Shown here piece after piece: positions 37,644 through 49,283 of a stretch of 64,000 nucleotides of DNA. The position numbers were made by a program, and so were the translations under genes. Source of the DNA: Gekko japonicus. Taxonomy: Eukaryota. The stretch spans positions 646,569 through 710,568 of the forward strand of contig NW_015160859.1 of NCBI RefSeq assembly GCF_001447785.1, read 5' to 3'. Positions within the stretch are counted from its first letter, which is position 1. Every line of letters starts with the position of its first letter. The notes beneath the pieces were generated by a model that was not told the origin of the DNA, searched no databases, and saw nothing but the letters and a program-made list of their open reading frames with translations.

Positions 37644-38374
37644 CTAAGGGCAAGTACAGACAATGCAAGAACCATTAAACATTCATCGTTTGAAACGATA
37701 ACATAATCAGAGCACTGTTTGGCAGTAATACAATAAGAACTGCTTTTGGAAGCATCCAAAAAATGACAGTATTGTCTTGCCCAAAAATATGTCCTTAAAT
37801 CAAAAGAACTTAAAAACAAAATAAAATTTAAAGGGCCAGTAATCTGGATTCTTATATCCTATTGTTTGTGGATGTCATGCTAGTACACTTATCAAGTTGA
37901 AATTTTGGGTTGCTTGAAACTTGAGTTTATAGGTTTTCAAAACAAAACCAACAGCAATGAAACGTGATCTGTAATTCAAGCTGCACAAAATACAGAATAA
38001 GAAGAGAGGGAAATTAGTTGTTAACTTGAGGCAGTTGACTTCTCCACTTGTGGCTCCCAGTCCTCACATCCCAAACACAAACTTCAGCAACTTCACACTG
38101 CAGCTTCATAAGTGTGAAGTGCACCAGATGTTACATTTCTGTCTCTAGTTTAAGAAGCAAACATAGTTTGGTTGGCACTTGTTAGTAAATGAGCCCCCTC
38201 CCAATCACTTTCTGAAGTTACTGGTGGAAAAGCAGAGAGAGGAGCAAACCAAAGACTAGTGGGGGGGACGGCTGGAATGAGATTTGAATGTCAAGGGTGT
38301 AAAGTGAAGAACTGGAACAAAGGGGGGGGGGAACCTAGTTTAATTTCCAAAGCACTTTATTTTCATTTCCTTAC

Positions 38375-38482
38375 CCGTTTTATTGTCAAAAAATTTGATG
38401 TGTCGATCTTCATGAGCCGTTATTGTTACGGGTAGCGTTGGATGACTTACTACCCTGTTAATATGACTGTTTGACTGTAAAC
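38375..38482 (-). CDS. STRN3: Striatin-3 exon, 108 bp
   Basis: ttttcAG|GT TTA...ACG G|GTaagg; GLQSNSHINRVVSHPTLPVTITAHEDRHIKFFDNKT. Confidence 0.96.
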
Positions 38483-38833
38483 CTGAAAAAGTTGGTAACA
38501 CGTTCCATGGATTAAATTTCAAAATGCATAGTACTGAAAGTTTTCAAAATTACTGAAGTACACAACATATTATTTTGTTAGACAACATTGTGCTGGAAAT
38601 TACTAGTGAAGCTTTATAGCAGAACTGCCAAGAGCTGGATTCATCCTGAACCAACAGACACACTAGTACTGTAATAGAGAAATCCATCATTTGCTGATTA
38701 ATTGCTGTAATTAAGTGCTATCCAACCAACCATATGCGAATTTTCCTATGTATTCCCTTTTCCCCTAGCAGTGCCTTTCAACGATAAAAACACCATATCT
38801 GGAGTCATGGGATCTGAATGAACACATACATCT

Positions 38834-39021
38834 AAATAAAGTTTGATTCCAGTGGCACCTTTAAGACCAACATAGTATTATTCAAGGTATAAGCTTTTGT
38901 GTGCATGCACACTTCCTCAGATAATACAAAAGTGTATAGCTTGAATAAAACTTCGTGGGTCTTAAAGATGCCACTGGACTCTTCTGCTGCTTCAGACCAA
39001 CACAGCCACCCACCTGAATCT
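38834..39021. mobile_element. Penelope terminal-repeat hairpin (inverted pLTR fragments)
   Basis: Homologous to 14720-14850 in both orientations; 10-bp TSD ACATACATCT (38824-38833, 39022-39031). Confidence 0.8.
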
Positions 39022-39636
39022 ACATACATCTGAGTGAGCTGTGGTGAAGAAGGGATCAGGGTAAAAAGCCCCCTCTAAATTCCAGAGATCTACAAGCAAA
39101 AGAGGGAGGGAGTGATTCCACTTCATTCCCTTTCTGACTACAGCCTCCACTTGCCTTTTTTGTCTATGCAGGTTGCATAACTCCAGGAGTCATCTTTCCA
39201 AGGGTCAAAAAGAACACACAGGAAAAATTGCTATGTGTGGTACACTGGTGGTTGGCTGGATACAATTCATTAATTTTATTACAATTTGAATATTTTGGGT
39301 TTCATAGAGTATTCCAGGATGAAGGGCAATAAAAAGAAGGCAGAGGAAGAAAGGCATAAAACTGCCACTTGCAATCCTTTGACTAAGTTGTTTTTAAAAG
39401 CAGAGGTTCTCCTTGAGTCAGATTCTGAAGGTCCTAACTAGAAGATGACTGGGTAAATGAAGGACATTTAGTCTACAAAATGAACTGCAGTCTTTTTCTT
39501 GTTTATCCTCACCATGCCTCTTTAAAGTAGTACATCATAATTCCCCAATTTTACAGACAGGGATTCTCCCAGACACTTTCATGGCCACCCAGAGAGTTCA
39601 AAGCTGACTAAGGATTTAAAACTAACTCTCCCGGGG

Positions 39637-39667
39637 NNNNNNNNNNNNNNNNNNNNNNNNNNNNNNN
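39637..39667. other. Assembly gap (31 N) next to a poly-G run
   Basis: Run of N. Confidence 1.
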
Positions 39668-39963
39668 AGAATGTAGTGCGCGCGCTGGGGGGGGGGGGGG
39701 GGGGGATAACATTTTCATCAGAAGCATCTTTTGTTAGTTTGGCACGAATCTGGTCCAGAACAAAAACCGGCCCCTATGAGTAGCTCATATACATCACTGA
39801 AGTAAAAGACCTATTCAAGCAACTATATATTTTTGCAATGAGATTTAAATTGGACATTGTCATGAAATGAGGATTTGCCCTGTGCCTTTATTTCAAAACA
39901 TTTGTAAAATCAAATAGCAGCTACAGAGGTGAGGAACAAGCTATAAATTCAGGTTTAACTTAC

Positions 39964-40104
39964 CAGAATCTGTTTGTGAGGAAAGCATTACCAATGACTG
40001 GGATGTTTCCAAATCATAGATAACCGTATTGCCAGTACTAAATGATGTCACCATATGAGCAGGATCACAACCTATAAAGTCAATGGATGTGGGTATTCCA
40101 TACT
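39964..40104 (-). CDS. STRN3: Striatin-3 exon, 141 bp
   Basis: ctccAG|AG TAT GGA...TCT G|GTaagt; EYGIPTSIDFIGCDPAHMVTSFSTGNTVIYDLETSQSLVMLSSQTDS. Confidence 0.96.
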
Positions 40105-40918
40105 CTGGAGTAGAAGAAACAAAATGGCTTCTATTAAGAGAATTCTTCATCCAATTTCTACAACCAACTGACTTTTCTGATCATAAATATCCTTAACAGT
40201 ATTCCACTTTTCATCTGTATAATAATTAAAACCAACTGATGGATTTAGAAAAATCCAATTAATTTTTTTTTTGTCAATGCAGGTTGTATAACTATGCAGG
40301 TTGCATGGTTTGAAAGCAAACCATATCATTCTCAGACTACCAAACAGTTTCCGCTTAAAGGTTAGTGGACTTCTAAGAGATAGAGGAAGTAGCAAGTGTC
40401 TAGAACAGTCTTCTTAAACCCATGGGTCAGGTGCCCTTATACAGCATTATTTTGGGCTACCTTTGGACAGACCTGCAGCTACTGTACATGGGTAGACAGC
40501 TAGGGCATAACCCTCCTGACTCTTTCTAAGCACACTAAAAAGAACAGCAGGATAGCAAGAAGAAGTCACTCAATATAAAATGCTTTCATGGTTCTGGCTC
40601 TTGACTTGTTCCTCACTGGTGCTCATGTGGTGCTTTCTGTTCCCAGCTCTCTTGTTCTCCTGCCTATGGTCTTGAGCTTAACATCAATAAAGTCACGTCT
40701 TTCTGTCATGTGACTCTGATGCCACACTTTAGCAGCTCAGTGGGTCCCAGGGTCTAGAAAGGTTAAAGACCACTGATCTAGACAATTATTGCAAATATCA
40801 ACTTTAGATTGGCTTCTCAAAAAAACCTGATACTTGGTAGCTGATTTTTTACAAAATCTTTTCTTAATTACTTAATCTGACTTGCAATTGCTTTTAATTT
40901 TAAAAAGAGACACCTCAC

Positions 40919-41086
40919 CCCTGTTTCCATTATAAGTGCAAATGCAGGGCACTTTTTCTGGTGGATTCCATAATCTAACAGTGCCATCTGCTGAGCAAGA
41001 TAGTAAGTGATTCTTTACACCACTGTAAGCAAGGCCCCAGACAGCATCTGCGTGAGCAATTAATGTGCCAGCTAGAACATTTGGCT
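40919..41086 (-). CDS. STRN3: Striatin-3 exon, 168 bp
   Basis: ctacAG|AG CCA AAT...AGG G|GTgagg; EPNVLAGTLIAHADAVWGLAYSGVKNHLLSCSADGTVRLWNPPEKVPCICTYNGNR. Confidence 0.96.
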
Positions 41087-41201
41087 CTGTAGGGGGAGAA
41101 AAAGAAAACAAGACTAATCACTCTCAGATGAAAGCTCAACACTTCTATTTAGTGTTGCTAATATATTTAAACACATTATGATGTACATAAAGGATGCTTA
41201 C

Positions 41202-41323
41202 CATACGTATCATAAGGATCCACATTGGGGCTAGGCATATTCCACCACTGTATAGTTGCATCAATACCACCACTAAAACACTGTTCTCCATTAGAACTAA
41301 TTGCCAATGACAATACAGGTCCA
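41202..41323 (-). CDS. STRN3: Striatin-3 exon, 122 bp
   Basis: aaaacAG|T GGA CCT...TAT G|GTaagc; GPVLSLAISSNGEQCFSGGIDATIQWWNMPSPNVDPYDTY. Confidence 0.96.
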
Positions 41324-41590
41324 CTGTTTTAAAAAACACAGAAGCAGTACATTATGATTTAAAATATTAAGTACATTATATTATAAACCAAACTTCAGAA
41401 GTTAGACTTTGAAGTCTATACAGAGTATTGAGTGCATCTATCTATCAATATCATTTACTGTAAACATTCAGCCTAACTACGCAAGCAAAAATTGTTAAGC
41501 AGAAGCAACAGCCAATATGCCAAAACACTGTGCTGCAATCCTTTGCATTGGAACAAGTTCTTGTGAAATTTTAAACGTGGAAGTACTTAC

Positions 41591-41638
41591 ATGTGGGCTC
41601 TAAATGTGTAGATGGGTTCTACATCTAAAGAGGCACTC
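41591..41638 (-). CDS. STRN3: Striatin-3 exon, 48 bp
   Basis: tttcAG|G AGT GCC...CAC AT|GTaagt; SASLDVEPIYTFRAH. Confidence 0.95.
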
Positions 41639-41737
41639 CTGAAACACAGAAGCCAAAAGGTGATGACTGTGAGCACAATCTCAGCAAATGTTAAATTTAA
41701 GAGATCTCACAATATAAGTAGTTAAACATATACTTGC

Positions 41738-41913
41738 TTTTTGGCAGGAACTGTTTTTTGTAAGTTCCAAAGTTTTAAAGTGTGGTCCTCAGAGGCTGTA
41801 ACCAGCACAGGCTCTACAGGATGAAAAGCTAATGCCCGCACTCCATCAAAATGGCTGCGCAGCGTATACTTAGGATTCCATGTTTTCCGAAAGGCATCTT
41901 TATTGGCTGGCAG
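41738..41913 (-). CDS. STRN3: Striatin-3 exon, 176 bp (GC donor)
   Basis: gttatAG|CTG CCA...AAA AA|GCaagt; LPANKDAFRKTWNPKYTLRSHFDGVRALAFHPVEPVLVTASEDHTLKLWNLQKTVPAK. Confidence 0.95.
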
Positions 41914-42962
41914 CTATAACAGAGCAGGAGGTTAACAAATATACACACAGCCAAATAAAAAATCTTGTGGATTCTTCACTGGCATATATATAGCAAAACT
42001 AACAAGCTGTAGATATCAATATGGATATACTTGATATACAGTTTCCAGAAATCTTGTGGTTTTACAAGAATGCTGATAACCAAACCTTTTGATTAAAAAG
42101 TATCTTGCTGAGAGGAATCTTCAGGGTTCAACTATGCCTGTCAAAGCCTCACTGATCAGAAGCTACGCAAGGGGATTTCCAGAAGTCAAACAAGGATTTC
42201 CACATTTTGCAAGATTCTTCCACTACAAGTACTTTTTTCCTGCTCCCAAATTCCAACCTTTATTATACTGCAATATATCATACATCCCTGCTGTTTTTCA
42301 CATAATCATCTCAGTTTTTGCATGTTTTGGATTTTTTTTAAATCGAATTTTGATTACAAAACCATTTTCTAGGAGTCAACTATCTAGGAGAAAATAGTTC
42401 AATCCAATGAACCGTGAGCAAACAATTCTTTTTCCCAGACCTCTCCCTACTTCTTGCAGCCTCCTGTGTTCCTGGAAACGTTGGGGAAACCTCAGGAAAT
42501 GAGTGGGAAGGAGCACAGGGGACTGGGACCCAGAGACAATTGGCAGAAATAATCTCCCTCAGTTTTTCTGCAAGCTGTTCTGTGAATGGAGCAAGGGATC
42601 ACAAAAAGGTGCTCAGCCAATTCTGTCAATTACATCTTTCCGCTGCAATTCACCAAAGGGTCCCCATATACTTAGGAACAGCTTTTGGAAGGTGTCACAG
42701 CAGGCTGCGTGTTCCGTGATCCACTGAATCCAACTCACACAAGATATGAAATGCAAATATATTCTGTAAACATTTAAGTGCCAGCTACAACTTTTTTCTC
42801 ACTCATTTTCACATAGTAAAGAGCAAAATAAATATTTCCTCATGTTTCTTTAAACTTTTCATTTCATTTTGGAAACACCTTATTCTGATTATCTGCAATA
42901 ATATGTGTAGTTATTATCAAACCCAATTTTATACAGGAAGTTTTAAACAAATTTGCACTTAC

Positions 42963-43096
42963 ATCGTAACTGTAGTCTGCATCATTAGCTACTGTCAAGT
43001 CTGCAAGGTCTCCAAGGCCCAGTACACTTAACAATACGTCATCTGAACCCATAATAAATGACTTGCCTCCTCCAGATGGAAATGTTATTGGCTCAG
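42963..43096 (-). CDS. STRN3: Striatin-3 exon, 134 bp
   Basis: ttgtAG|CT GAG CCA...TAC GAT|GTaagt; AEPITFPSGGGKSFIMGSDDVLLSVLGLGDLADLTVANDADYSYD. Confidence 0.96.
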
Positions 43097-43769
43097 CTAC
43101 AAGAAATAAAGATAGTTTCTTAAGCCTGGGAGATAAAATGTAAGAATTTAATAATGACAAAGTATCAAGCTGAACAATTCACATGCCATTTTTTATTTAA
43201 AAAGACATTCTGTATTAGCTCAAACAGTATTTTACATTTATCTCAATAAATCTTTAATAGGTCTTTACCAGCTAATTTAAAAAAACTCTTAAAATAACAT
43301 TTATAAATATTCTAATGGGTTGAATATTTCATTTAGTCGGCCAAAAACCTGTAACTTGGATCCAGTGAATTACAAAAGAAACAAAATTTGCAAGACTGAT
43401 CTGTTTCAGCACTCTTGTGCTTCTCCAAAGTCCCAATCAAGAGCATTTTGAAAGGAAAAATCTATTTTTCCCAATTCCCTTTCCCACTGTAGCTCTCCAT
43501 ACCACATATGATGTCATTTCTAATGGTCCCAATTCTCAGGATAGGATGGAGGGTGATAGAAAGCTGCAGTGGGAAGAGATCTGTTGGAACCAAGACAATG
43601 CCTGTTTTATGCACCATGGTTATTTTATTCATTATCAATCACACAAAGGAAAGTAGTAAGGAATGTGGCATCTGAGTAACTGCAATTTCACTTCACATTC
43701 ACTTACCTTTTCAAACATTCATAAACTATTATTCAAAAGCCAGAGTGTCTCTTTTGCGAAGAATCTTTT

Positions 43770-44834
43770 ACCCCATATGACAGTTCGGTGGATAGGGAAT
43801 TGGTTAGAGGACCGCACCCAAAGAGCGGTGGTCAATGACATTTTATCAGATTGGAGGGAGGTGTCCAGTGGGGTGCCGCAGGGCTCAGTTTTGGGCCCAG
43901 TACTTTTCAATAGCTTTATCAATGATCTGGACGAAGGGGTACAAGCGCTACTCATTAAGTTTGCTGATGATACCAAATTGGGAGGAGTAGCAAACACCCA
44001 AGAAGATAAGAGTTAAAATTCAACAAGACCTGAATACTCTGGAGAAGTGGGCAGTTGCGAACAGGATGCAATTCAATAAAGATAAACGCACAGTGTTACA
44101 TCTGGGCCAAAAAAATGTCAAGCACAAATATTGGATGGGCAATACGTTTCTGGGGAGTAGTGCATGTGAAAGAGATCTTGGGGTAAGGGTGGACTGCAAA
44201 CTAAATATGAGCAGTCAGTGTGATGCGGTAGCAAAAAAGGCAATTTCAGTCTTGGGTTGTATTAAAAGGGCCATAGCATCGAAATTGCAGGAGGTCATAG
44301 TGCCTTTGTATACCGCCTTGGTCAGGTCATACCTGGAGTACTGTGTGTAGTTCTGGAGGCCTCACTTCAAAAAGGATGTGGGCAAAATCGAGAAGGTGCA
44401 GAAAAGAGCGACGAGGATGATCAGGGGTCTGGAGACTGAGCTCTATGAGGAAAGGCTAAGGGCCTTGGGAATGTTTAGTTTGGAGAAGAGGAGATTGAGG
44501 GGGGACATGATTGCTCTCTTTAAATATTTGAAAGGTTGTCATTTGGAGGAGGGCAAGGAGCTGTTCCAGTTGGCAGCACAGGATAGGGACCAAAGCAACG
44601 GGTTTAAATTACATGCAGAACAGTATCAGCTGGATATTAGGAAAAACTTTTTCACAGTCAAGAGTGGTTCAAAGGTGGAACCAGCTGCCTAGGGAGGTGA
44701 TAAGCTCCCTTTCACTAGCAGCTTTCAAGAAGAGGCTGGATGAATATTTGTCAGAGATGCTTTAGGCTGGTTCTGCATTGGGCAGGGGGTTGGACTAGAT
44801 GGTCTGTATGGCCCCTTCCAACTCTATGATTCTA
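43770..44834 (+). mobile_element. CR1 LINE, 5'-truncated
   Basis: [33 protein letters not shown]; ends CCTTCCAACTCTATGATTCTA. Confidence 0.95.
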
Positions 44835-44949
44835 AAACATAAAATAAGACAAACTAGTTTAATAAACTATCAAATACAGCTTTATTGAGGAACAGATTCA
44901 CAGCATGTGTTTTTGGTTGAGATGGTACCAATCTTAAGGTTTTACAAGA

Positions 44950-45175
44950 GAACAAAATTGAAATCCAGTAGCATCTTAAATACCAACAAATTTTCTAAGA
45001 TATAAGCTCATGAGAGACAACACTCACTTCATTAGATACTGATGGTATCTGACGAAGTCACCCTTGACTCTCCAAAAGCTTATACTTGGGGAAATTTTGT
45101 TGGTCTTTAAAACGCTACTGGATTTTTAATTTTGTTCTACTATTACAAACCAGCCACACACATGGAACTAACTTT
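44950..45175. mobile_element. Penelope terminal-repeat hairpin with decayed hammerhead
   Basis: Inverted arms homologous to 38834-39021; GGTATCTGACGA...AAAAGCTTATAC at ~45044-45086. Confidence 0.7.
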
Positions 45176-45407
45176 TAGAAGTTTTCTTTAGGAGATAATA
45201 GCCCAGATAAAGAGAGGCATGGATTCCTCCTCTAATTTCTATCTCACTTTCCAAGTTTGCACAAGAGAGCTAATTTTTAACTTTATCTTTGTCTACACCT
45301 TTATTTTACAAGCATGAACATCAGGCTAGTTATACCACAAACCACTTTTCAAGATAAACACTGTTTTATTTAATGCCCATATTATGTCAGCAGTAATTAA
45401 ATGTATA

Positions 45408-45606
45408 TTTGAATCCAGCAGAAGCTTAGAGACCAACAAAATTTTCAGGGTATGACCTTTCCAGAGTTAAGCTCCCTTCATCAGATCTGACTAAGGGTAT
45501 TTGATGAAGGGAGCTTTGTCCTTGAAAATCTTGTTGATTTCTAAGGTGCTATTGGACTCGATTCTAGCTGTTCTACTGCAGATCACAATGGCTACCCTCT
45601 AAAACT
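45408..45606. mobile_element. Penelope terminal-repeat hairpin with decayed hammerhead
   Basis: Inverted arms; minus strand reads CTGATGAAGGGAGCTTAACTCTGGAAAGGTCATACCC (45484 to 45448). Confidence 0.7.
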
Positions 45607-47838
45607 ACCTTAAATACGAAGATCTGGTACTGAGGCTAAATTCTTGTCACTGTAATTTTATGCATGCAAGACCAGGATATCTACAGTACTAGAAAGTGCT
45701 TCATCTCCTGTTTCCTAATTAGATTAATTCTAATTTTATCTGCCTCTTCTTATATTGAAGCTCTAGCAGAAACAAAACAATCCGTAAGTAGCCAATAGAA
45801 TCAGACTCACTATTCGAAACATACATGGCATTGTGACAGATAGTTTCAAGTTCCACCCTCCAGGAGCCTCAGATAATCACTTTCAAATGGTGGACAGGAA
45901 TGTGGAAAAGAATAAAGAGGAGGAGTTTGGCAGTTTAACTGCTGGCCAGCCAACAGAGTTGAGGGCTGTTGCACTTTAGATGAGGGAAGAATGAGGAAGT
46001 CTGCTGGTTAAGCAGGGAGTCCTTTAGGGACCTTAGGTATTTTGAAGATAGGTAGGGTTTGCATGGTGTACCTGGAAAAAAAACAGTTTAAAAGCCTATC
46101 TGCTGCATGTTATAAACATTTGGGTGCTATTCCTGTCAGAACCAAAAGCCTTTATGTTCCATGTTATAAGTTTGAATCAGTCAAACAAGAAATCTGCTTT
46201 GTAACTGTTGCACTTTCTCAGGCCCCAGCTCTCCATTAACTGTTTAAACTGTTAATACTGAAAGGACTGGAGAAAAGAAAAACTAAGAGACAACCAAAGC
46301 CACACATACCTGAAATAAACCTTTGTCTTAGATGTTTTTGTCAAGCCTACTATGCGGTTCCTTCAAGCCTACAGTCACCTCATAACAGGTCAAGTGGTAC
46401 CCTGAGTCTAGGCATTGTACTTACTGAGGACTAGGAGACTAAGCCTCAATTATAAAACTAAACATACATAAAAAGAAGTTTGTAGGGTGTGAAATTTAAG
46501 TTTCTAGGTCTGGAGACGGGTTGTCGCCACAGGCACACACACAGTAAGGCTACAATGTACAACTCTGAAATTCAAATTTATGGAATCACTGAATGCACAA
46601 AAAAAACCCCAAACACAAACATCTTGCCTTGTGTTTACTTGGCTATACAACTAGCAGTGGGAAAGGAACCCACAGTGAAGCTGAAGACAACATATTACGA
46701 TTTTCCACATTATGCAGCTTGCCAAAGAATTGGCAAAGAATTAGAGAAAACTTTCACAGGAGATATGCTCTGGTGAAAGAACGAGGCCACACATCCATTA
46801 CCTCTATTAATTTAAGCTGACCTATTTAGCAGCATTGAAGCTGTCCATTTCATAAAAAGAATTCTCCCCATCGATGGCTTATCTTCTAATAAATGCATAT
46901 GGAAAAATCAGAATGGGCAATGGTTTAAGGGCAGAGAGAAGCAAGTCTGTTCATACTTAGAAGTTAAAAGAGAAACTCCTATGATATTACATCACTTCCA
47001 CAAAGTAATGCTTGGGGTCCACCAGGGTTCCCAATAGAGCTCTTTTCCCAACAGTAAAGGATACCAGGCAAAGGATTTCAAAATGCTGAAACATTTCCTC
47101 ACAATAATGGCCATCACATGAATTCCAGGATGGAACAGGCTCTTCATTTTCAAGATGGAGCTCTGTTTAGGGTAAGATTATGCTTCACAAAGATTTTCAG
47201 GAGTGGAGTCTGGATGAAAGCGCTGCTAATCACTACAATGTATGTTTTGATACTTTTTCAGAAACTATTTTAAAATGACCTAACGACTCATCAGTTTTAC
47301 TCAGTGTCCTGGGAGATAGGAGTAGCACAGTACCACTCAACATTGATGTAACCAGATTTTGATAAGGTACTCACAACACACTAATATTAACAAAATTTAC
47401 AGAGAAGGTTATTGTTTAACAGCAGTTGCCCTTTTTATAATCCCTTTGATACTAAGAATATATTGTTTTGTATTTTCATATACAAATTTTCTTTTAACAA
47501 GATCATCTGAATAGATTCTTTGAAACAAGAGAAAGGCTGGATCCAGCATAGCACTTTTTTCCATTTAATAACTCTCCCTCCTGTAATACCTTGAAAATAT
47601 GGTTGGGGGGGGGATTTTGGGCTTTGTGAGAGGAGGAAGCTGCAAAAGTCATGTTCCACCAGCAAACGTCCTTGCACCCATGGAGATGCTGTGCTGGATC
47701 CAACCCAAAAGTTGTAGAACATAAAAGTGGTGGTAGTCTTTTACAGAACCAAGAGGCAAGCAACACTAGGGACTATGCAAGGATGTGGTTTTAAAATTAA
47801 ACCTTCTAAAAACAAGTAAGTAGGTGAACTTATTGTAC

Positions 47839-47979
47839 CTTCCTCTGCTCTTGCACCTTCATGATCAGTCATTCTAGAAGAGGGTGACCTAGATTGATTA
47901 ATGACTCCTGAAGGGATGTGGGGTAGCTCATCATCGCCCAGATCAGCTATCATGTCGTGCAGTTTTGTCCTGTTGACTC
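47839..47979 (-). CDS. STRN3: Striatin-3 exon, 141 bp (symmetric phase 1; equivalent to mammalian alternative exon 9)
   Basis: tttacAG|GA GTC AAC...GAA G|GTacaa; RVNRTKLHDMIADLGDDELPHIPSGVINQSRSPSSRMTDHEGARAEE. Confidence 0.94.
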
Positions 47980-48809
47980 CTGTAAATTAACGTCAGCAGC
48001 AAAGGTTCATTTAATTGCTACCGCATGACCTGATAGCCACTTATATGCCCAGTTTGCTAATCAATAAACTTATTTTAATGTGATCTTGTTAAAGACAAAG
48101 GATTCAGTGAAACACATATTGTTGCATAATAGTGTGTGGGAAAACGTTACAATTAAAATTAATCTTCAGGTTAAAAAAATTATTGAAACTTGAATTGTTT
48201 TAGTGTAATCTCTTTGTGCTATGCTTAAAGTAGAGGACAGGAAGCTTCAGTGTTTGGACTTCAAAAATATAATATCTGAACGAATGCACACAAATGATAT
48301 ATTTGCAACAACAAAAAAAATCTAGTGCTTATACTACAAGTTAACACTGCTGAGAAAGCATAAGGTTTGCTTACCAAAAGAGGGGGCAAAAATAAAAATT
48401 GGTGGCTAAGAGGCAACAAACAGTTTAACTTCCTTTTTCATTTTTTAAATAGACAATTTAAAAATATTAATCTTTACACTTACAAAAGAATCTTTACTAG
48501 TAACAATTTTTTTCCTATTTGAAAATTAGTATAATAGTTGCAGGTCTAAGTTTTAGAGATTTACGCAACATTTATAGTAAAATTATCCTATGAAATCATA
48601 AAATGCTTTGAATATAAATGATGCCCTAATTCCCATGTAGCTAATTCAAATAATAAACTTTATTAAAAGCTGGAAATAGGAAACAGAATTTAAACTGTTA
48701 AGAAGAAGCTCTTCCTTCTTTGGCAAAGAAATACTTTCTCCATCACAGGAATCGGTATTATCTCTCCCAATGAACTAATTCTCAACCTTCCTTTCTTTCT
48801 TAAATTGAA

Positions 48810-49215
48810 CTTGTTAGGCCACCCTTCCCTGCAAGCAAGGCTCAGGGCAGCTTACATCAAAACCAACATAATAACAACCTATTAAATAACACTGAAAACG
48901 ACTAAAATATATATTATCTTAATCAAACAATACATTACATTGTTTAAGATTACGAGAAACTTCTGTTCCCACCAACTCCCTGAGTAAAGGAAGTGCGACG
49001 AGGTGAGTAGGAGGGTATGAGTGCCTACCTTCGCTGTCCTCAACTGAATGCCTGGCGGAATATCTCTGTCTTGCAGGCCCTACAGAAATGTATTAAATCC
49101 CATAAGGAATAGATATTCTCTGGCAGAGAGACCCACCAGGTGGGGCCAGGGTTGAAAAGGCCCTAGACCTAGTTGAGAACAGCCGGACTTCTCTCAGGCT
49201 GGGGACCACAAGAAG
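48810..49215 (-). mobile_element. L2 3' fragment
   Basis: GGCTCAGGGCAGCTTACA 3' motif; CCACCAGGTGGGGCCAGG..GAAAAGGCCCT is homologous to ~3760-3800 and the reverse of ~15860-15900. Confidence 0.75.
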
Positions 49216-49283
49216 GTTCTTATTACATGTAAAAAAAAAGCTTGTAATACCACAATATCAATAACTTGCTACTACAAGACTTA

